Below, one piece after another: positions 59,248 through 64,000 of a DNA stretch of 64,000 bases. Below the pieces are notes generated by a model, which was given only the letters and a program-made list of their open reading frames with translations, did no database searches and had not been told where the DNA came from. The stretch is from Halobacteriovoraceae bacterium (GTDB lineage: Bacteria; Bdellovibrionota; Bacteriovoracia; Bacteriovoracales; Bacteriovoracaceae), in NCBI GenBank assembly GCA_963719505.1, contig CAVRCF010000003.1, positions 224,001-288,000 of the forward strand. The letters are read 5' to 3'. A program made the position numbers and the translations under genes. Position 1 is the first letter of the stretch, and each line of letters begins with the position of its first letter.

Positions 59248-61152
59248 ATGGCTACAGTAAAGAAATCTCTCAGACAAAAGCATATACTTGATCTTTTAGC
59301 TCAAGCGAATTCCCTTCCCAAAAATCCGGGTTGCTACTTTATGCTCAATAAAGATAAAGAAGTGATCTATGTCGGGAAAGCCAAGAATTTGAAGGCCCGC
59401 GTAACAAGCTATTTCAACAACTCTGCTAAAAATGCCAAAACTCAGATTCTGGTAGGCCATATTGAAAGTTTCGACTTTATTATCACCGAATCTGATGCTG
59501 AGTCCTATGTTTTAGAGAACAACCTGATAAAAACTCATAAACCTAAATACAATATTAGGTTAAAAGACGATAAATCCTATCCCTATGTTCAAATCAATAA
59601 AAATGAAGGCTACCCAAAGATTGAATACGTTAGGCGCCCAAAGAAGAAAAAGGGCGTAGAACTCTATGGCCCGTATCCTACCGGATCAAATATTGGTGCA
59701 ACGATAAAAGTTCTCACGAAAGCTTTTGAGCTTAGGGATTGCTCTATTCATGAATTTAATTCTAGAACGACCCCTTGTATTTTGTTTCAAATGAAGCAGT
59801 GTCAAGGTCCCTGTGTACCTGAACACAGAAGTAGGCAATACTTTGATGACTTAGAACTTGCAGTGGACTTCTTGAGAGGAAAAAGAAAAGCGAAAAAGTC
59901 TCTAGAGTTTTTAGAGAACAAAATGATGGACTTGGCCGAGATGGAAAAGTTTGAACACGCCGCTATGATGAGAGACTATATTGCTCAACTCGAGTCCTTT
60001 ACGATGAGCTCCTATGATCAAAGCGTGGAATTCATGGATGAGAAAAATGTCGACGTCATCTCTTATTATGAAGGAGAGAAAGAAGTCGATATAAGTCTTT
60101 ATATGATCAGGCGAGGTGCCCTTCTTGGTCATAGGAATTTTCATTTTCCTCTATCAGACTTTATGGAGAGTACGGAAGAAGAAGTTCTGCAAATTCTTAT
60201 TCAGCACTATGCAAATAATGATGAAGTTTTTCCTGAACGGATTATTTCCTCCTTTGATCAAGATAGTGCAAAAGTCTTTGAACAAGCTCTCATAAAAATG
60301 AATGAAGGGGAGATTAAATTAAAAGTTGAAACAGGCTCAAACAAATACTCAAGTCTGATTGAGACGACTAAGAATAACGCTATTGAAACTCAAAAAATGC
60401 GTATCAAAAATCAAGACAGTGTCTACGTGGGACTCAATAGATTGAAAGAGCTTCTGAGCCTTAAGGCACGACCTATTACCTTAGAGTGTTATGATATCGC
60501 AATTTGGCAGGGCAAGTCTCCCACAGCTGCTCAGATCGTTTATCACGATGGTGTCCCCGATAAAAAAGCTTACAGACATTATCATATGCAGGAAAGACCT
60601 GAAGGAAATAATGACTTTGCAATGATGCAAGAGGTTTTTGGAAGAAGAATAAAACATAAAAATCTTCCTGATGTTTTTATTGTTGACGGTGGAATTGCTC
60701 AAGTGAACTGCGTCCAAAAAGTTCTTGATGAATTTGAAATTACTATTCCTGTTGTCGGAATTGCTAAAGCGAGAGATCTGACCAGAGGAAATATAAGAGC
60801 GCGAGAAATTTCAAACTCAGAAGAGCGCCTCATCATTCCAGGAAGAAGTAATCCCTATATTTTAAATAAGTGTCCCTCTCTTTTCAAAATTATTGTAAGC
60901 ATGAGAGATGAAGCCCATCGCTTTAGTAGGCGCCTTCATCACAAAACTGAAAAGAAAAGAATTATTAAAACATGGGTTGATGATATCAAAGGCATCAATG
61001 ATAAAATTAAAAAGAAAATTCTCTCTCAGCTTACGATGAGTCAAGAAGAGCTTTCTCAAAAAAATGTTAAGGAAATTAGTGATTTTTTAGGTTTAGAGCT
61101 TAGGCATGCACTAAAAGTTTATGATTACTTACATGCCAAAGATCAAAACTAA
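59248..61152 (+). CDS. uvrC: Excinuclease ABC subunit C
   Basis: PGCY...IYVGKAKNLKARVTSYF (GIY-YIG), PKYNIRLKDDKSYP, ECYDI, VDGG, RDEAHRF. Confidence 0.96.
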   Translation: MATVKKSLRQKHILDLLAQANSLPKNPGCYFMLNKDKEVIYVGKAKNLKARVTSYFNNSAKNAKTQILVGHIESFDFIITESDAESYVLENNLIKTHKPKYNIRLKDDKSYPYVQINKNEGYPKIEYVRRPKKKKGVELYGPYPTGSNIGATIKVLTKAFELRDCSIHEFNSRTTPCILFQMKQCQGPCVPEHRSRQYFDDLELAVDFLRGKRKAKKSLEFLENKMMDLAEMEKFEHAAMMRDYIAQLESFTMSSYDQSVEFMDEKNVDVISYYEGEKEVDISLYMIRRGALLGHRNFHFPLSDFMESTEEEVLQILIQHYANNDEVFPERIISSFDQDSAKVFEQALIKMNEGEIKLKVETGSNKYSSLIETTKNNAIETQKMRIKNQDSVYVGLNRLKELLSLKARPITLECYDIAIWQGKSPTAAQIVYHDGVPDKKAYRHYHMQERPEGNNDFAMMQEVFGRRIKHKNLPDVFIVDGGIAQVNCVQKVLDEFEITIPVVGIAKARDLTRGNIRAREISNSEERLIIPGRSNPYILNKCPSLFKIIVSMRDEAHRFSRRLHHKTEKKRIIKTWVDDIKGINDKIKKKILSQLTMSQEELSQKNVKEISDFLGLELRHALKVYDYLHAKDQN

Positions 61153-61361
61153 TTTAAAACGTGAATAATTTTTCTGTTTCCAGATCCACAATCAATACAT
61201 CGTGCAGTTTCTTGAACAAGAAGGTTTTTGTAGTCGGGCATATGACTTAGTAATAATTTAGAGCCACATACTTTACATTCACTCATTGTCTTTTTTACAT
61301 CTTCAGCTGTACCGTAGTATTCTTCGAAACGTTCAAACTTAAAATTAACTTCTTTAGACAT
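61149..61361 (-). CDS. Small zinc-finger protein
   Basis: CKVCG...CIDCG in 70 aa; GGAG RBS. Confidence 0.75.
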   Translation of the reverse strand: MSKEVNFKFERFEEYYGTAEDVKKTMSECKVCGSKLLLSHMPDYKNLLVQETARCIDCGSGNRKIIHVLN

Positions 61362-61395
61362 AATTGTTCTCCATAACCAATATCAACTACATATC

Positions 61396-61422
61396 TTTTC
61401 GACTCAGAAGCATTTCTCTTTA
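61396..61422 (-). promoter_or_regulatory. Sigma28 (FliA)-type promoter
   Basis: Minus strand TAAA-N15-GTCGAAAA. Confidence 0.55.
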
Positions 61423-61466
61423 AAAATTAGTGCGATAAAATAAAGCTAGGAAAATAGTGTCTGATC

Positions 61467-62315
61467 GTGATAACTAAAGGCATGGAACAACGCTATAAAG
61501 AAGCACTGCGCAACCTCCAGAAGGCTAGTTTAACCAAGGCTAAAGGGAACGAGTACCGGGATAGACTATTTCCGGTTCACTGGTCGTATAGGGCAGTTGA
61601 GACCATTGTGAAGGCACCAGCTAGCCCCAAACCTGAATCCGAAAAAGCCAAAGTGATTGAATCGTTTAAAGACTTTAGTAAAAACTTAATTTCTCAAAAT
61701 GATAATAATTCTGTAAAGCTTGATAACATCGAAATATCCACAAAATCCAAAGACTCTCAGTTTAAAGATCCCGACGCTCTTACTCAGGAAAAGCTTGTGG
61801 CAATGACATCACAATCTTCTTTTGAAGCCAGGTACAGAGGAGATCTTCTGAATGTCGAAAAACTCGATGTCATTTTTGTGTCGGATAATCTTCTTGATGT
61901 TGATTTGGATAAAGCGGACGAGCTTGCACCATTTAAAGCGTTATTTGACGAAAGCACGGCTATTTTATTCTCTAAAATGGTTGGTGCCATGAAGCTTAGA
62001 GAGGAGAGTTTTCTCCTGACGGCCATCGCTTTTGATAAAGATGAATCGGCTAAAGATCTTACTGAGCTGGTTTTGTCTGAAATCTCCCATTTCAAGCCAA
62101 AGCTTGTGATTACCTTAGGCGTCTCTGCTAGCCATGCCCTTATTGACACCAAAGAGAGACTTAAGGACTTACATGGGAATTTTTACCCACTCACCATAGG
62201 TGAATTTTCTAGCGAGATCATGCCGTTATTCTCTCCAAGTCTGCTAAATTCCGCCCCTCACATGAAAAGTATCACATGGGTTGATATGCAAAAAGCGATG
62301 GAAAAGTTAACGTAA
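61467..62315 (+). CDS. Uracil-DNA glycosylase family 4-like protein, degenerate active site
   Basis: LFSKMVGAM.L, EISHFKPKLVITLG, LHG, PLFSPSLL...K...WVDM match the UDG-4 scaffold. Confidence 0.65.
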   Translation: MITKGMEQRYKEALRNLQKASLTKAKGNEYRDRLFPVHWSYRAVETIVKAPASPKPESEKAKVIESFKDFSKNLISQNDNNSVKLDNIEISTKSKDSQFKDPDALTQEKLVAMTSQSSFEARYRGDLLNVEKLDVIFVSDNLLDVDLDKADELAPFKALFDESTAILFSKMVGAMKLREESFLLTAIAFDKDESAKDLTELVLSEISHFKPKLVITLGVSASHALIDTKERLKDLHGNFYPLTIGEFSSEIMPLFSPSLLNSAPHMKSITWVDMQKAMEKLT

Positions 62316-62358
62316 TAGATCCTTGAAATCATTGCACTTTGTCGATACAATTATCGAG

Positions 62359-63513
62359 ATGAGAATTCTAGGATTGAATTTATTACTTCTTACCACTTTT
62401 AGCTCGCACTTAATAGCGAGTGAGCCTGAGATAAAAGTGCGTATAGGAAGATCTCTTCATGAAATTTCCTTGTCTGGATCAGACATAAAACAAGAAATCA
62501 GAGGCAATTCCGTTAAAAAAATCTTTCCTGGCAGAAAAAGCATCGCTTTTAATTGTGATCCTGTTTTAAGGAAGCTTAAAAGACATAAGCCTTTGATGTT
62601 GACGTCTCTCAATTCTAAGACTGGCCTTATTAAATGGAATAAAACTGGTTATGTAGGGAAGCTAAATATTGTCACTTCTATTAACCGCACAGGCTGTGAC
62701 CTCATAAATCAAATCCCTCTTGAAACCTATATTAGTTCACTTCTTTCAAAAGAGATGAGCCCAGAATGGCCTCTCGAAGCTCTAAAAGCTCAGGCTGTTG
62801 CAGCTCGTAGTTATGCTTATCACAAGATGATAACGAAGCAGGTCTCAAATGATAACGGGTTTAATGTTTTCTACGACCTCGAAAACTCAGAAAAGCATCA
62901 AGTTAACGGATCTTTTTTTGATACGACAGCATCGACGACAATGGCTTCGAAGCAAACTGAAGGTCAAGTTTTAATCATTGGTACCTCGGAGCTGACACCT
63001 ATATTCTTTCATTCAAAATGTGGGGGAAAGACATTGAGGCCCGATCAAGTTTGGACAAATTATGTTAAAGGCTATCAATCTGTAGACTGTCCATTTTGTC
63101 ATAAGCATGGGAAGAAAAACTGGTCTCATACAATGAAAAAATCTAAGTTTAAAACCATGGTTAATACCACATTAAAAAGTTATCAGAACGATTCCCTCAA
63201 AAGTAGAAGTCTCTCTCAATTTAGGATGACTCCAGATTCAAAAAATCGAGCTTATATTAGAGTTTACGATGATGAAAGACAGCTGCAGGTAAAAAAATCG
63301 AGGCTAAGATCATTACTTGGTAGAAATAAAGCCGCTTCAAACTATTATCAGATTTCAGACGAAGGTGATTCTATAAAACTGGAGGGTAAAGGCTTTGGAC
63401 ACGGAGTTGGTTTGTGTCAGTATGGAGCCTTTGAGTTAGCAAAAAGAGGATACACTTATAAACAAATATTATCTCATTATTTTCCTGAGCATAGCTTAAA
63501 AAAGATTTATTAA
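62359..63513 (+). CDS. SpoIID/LytB domain lytic transglycosylase
   Basis: LETYI...EMSPEWPLEALKAQAVAARSYA, FHSKCGG, GFGHGVGLCQYGA...IL.HYFP. Likely start MRILG. Confidence 0.92.
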   Translation: MRILGLNLLLLTTFSSHLIASEPEIKVRIGRSLHEISLSGSDIKQEIRGNSVKKIFPGRKSIAFNCDPVLRKLKRHKPLMLTSLNSKTGLIKWNKTGYVGKLNIVTSINRTGCDLINQIPLETYISSLLSKEMSPEWPLEALKAQAVAARSYAYHKMITKQVSNDNGFNVFYDLENSEKHQVNGSFFDTTASTTMASKQTEGQVLIIGTSELTPIFFHSKCGGKTLRPDQVWTNYVKGYQSVDCPFCHKHGKKNWSHTMKKSKFKTMVNTTLKSYQNDSLKSRSLSQFRMTPDSKNRAYIRVYDDERQLQVKKSRLRSLLGRNKAASNYYQISDEGDSIKLEGKGFGHGVGLCQYGAFELAKRGYTYKQILSHYFPEHSLKKIY

Positions 63514-63516
63514 ACC

Positions 63517-64000
63517 ATGAAGTACTTTCTTCTTTTCCTTTTCATAAGCTTTTCTGTGAACGCCTTTGTCGTTCTCATCGATCCTGGTCATGGTGGAGAG
63601 GAACTTGGTGCTCTAACTAGAGTTTGGGTTAAAAAAAATGGAGAAAAGAAGACAAAGAATATCTATGAGAAGGATCTAGCGTTAAAACTAGCCAAAAGTG
63701 TTAAGTCAAAACTCGAAAGAAAACACACAACTTATCTGACAAGAAGTATTGATCGAACTGTCACGTTGAATGAGAGAGCGAATATGGCCGAGACCGTGAA
63801 AGCCGACCTCTTTGTCTCCATTCATTTTAACTCTGCTACTGAAAAAGAATATAGTGGCTTTGAAACTTACTACTTGGATAATCATGCAGATAAAGCGATT
63901 GAGAAAGTGGAAAATGTTGAAAATAAATATCTGCTTGGAGCAGAGAAGGTTGTTAATCAAATCCTTATTGATCTCGTTATTCAAAAAACTGTGCCAAGCT
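63517..64000 (+). CDS. N-acetylmuramoyl-L-alanine amidase (Amidase_3), truncated by the window end
   Basis: Not in the ORF track. MKYFLLFLFISFSVNAFVVLIDPGHGGEE...EKDLALKLA...LTRS...LNERA...ADLFVSIHFNS...GFETYY. Confidence 0.93.
   Translation, partial: MKYFLLFLFISFSVNAFVVLIDPGHGGEELGALTRVWVKKNGEKKTKNIYEKDLALKLAKSVKSKLERKHTTYLTRSIDRTVTLNERANMAETVKADLFVSIHFNSATEKEYSGFETYYLDNHADKAIEKVENVENKYLLGAEKVVNQILIDLVIQKTVPS

Noticed and set aside
63706..63984. 92-aa minus-strand ORF
   Set aside because: It is antisense to the clearly recognisable plus-strand amidase.
1..64000. Prophage, IS, integron, rRNA, retron or other defence-system genes
   Set aside because: No integrase, transposase, reverse-transcriptase, phage-structural or defence-domain motifs were recognised in any ORF.

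Overview
An AT-rich bacterial chromosomal segment. Gene content and order suggest a predatory Bdellovibrionota member (Bacteriovorax/Halobacteriovorax-like); this is inference, as no marker gene such as rRNA is present. Positions 1-11.5 kb, beyond the 3' end of tRNA-Leu(CAA), look accessory and stress-related: three tandem secreted peptidoglycan-binding proteins, an M14 peptidase, a MarR-TolC-RND operon with no adaptor gene, a hybrid histidine kinase, CsbD and a USP. The rest mixes housekeeping genes (engB, accA, yicC, gmk, rel/spoT, maeB, coaE, phhAB, mtaB, purA, murJ, uvrC, tRNA-Glu, tRNA-Lys) with many secreted or envelope proteins. These include two outer-membrane barrels, M1 and M91-like peptidases, a MepA-like endopeptidase, a SpoIID + amidase pair and a 649-aa Gly-rich repeat protein. 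Four sigma28 (FliA)-type promoters, one sigma54-type promoter and two structured 5' leaders can be read directly. Several conserved genes carry single-base frameshifts, most likely sequencing or assembly errors. No CRISPR array, integrase, transposase, rRNA or phage gene was seen. All family calls come from motif recognition by eye, not database searches.
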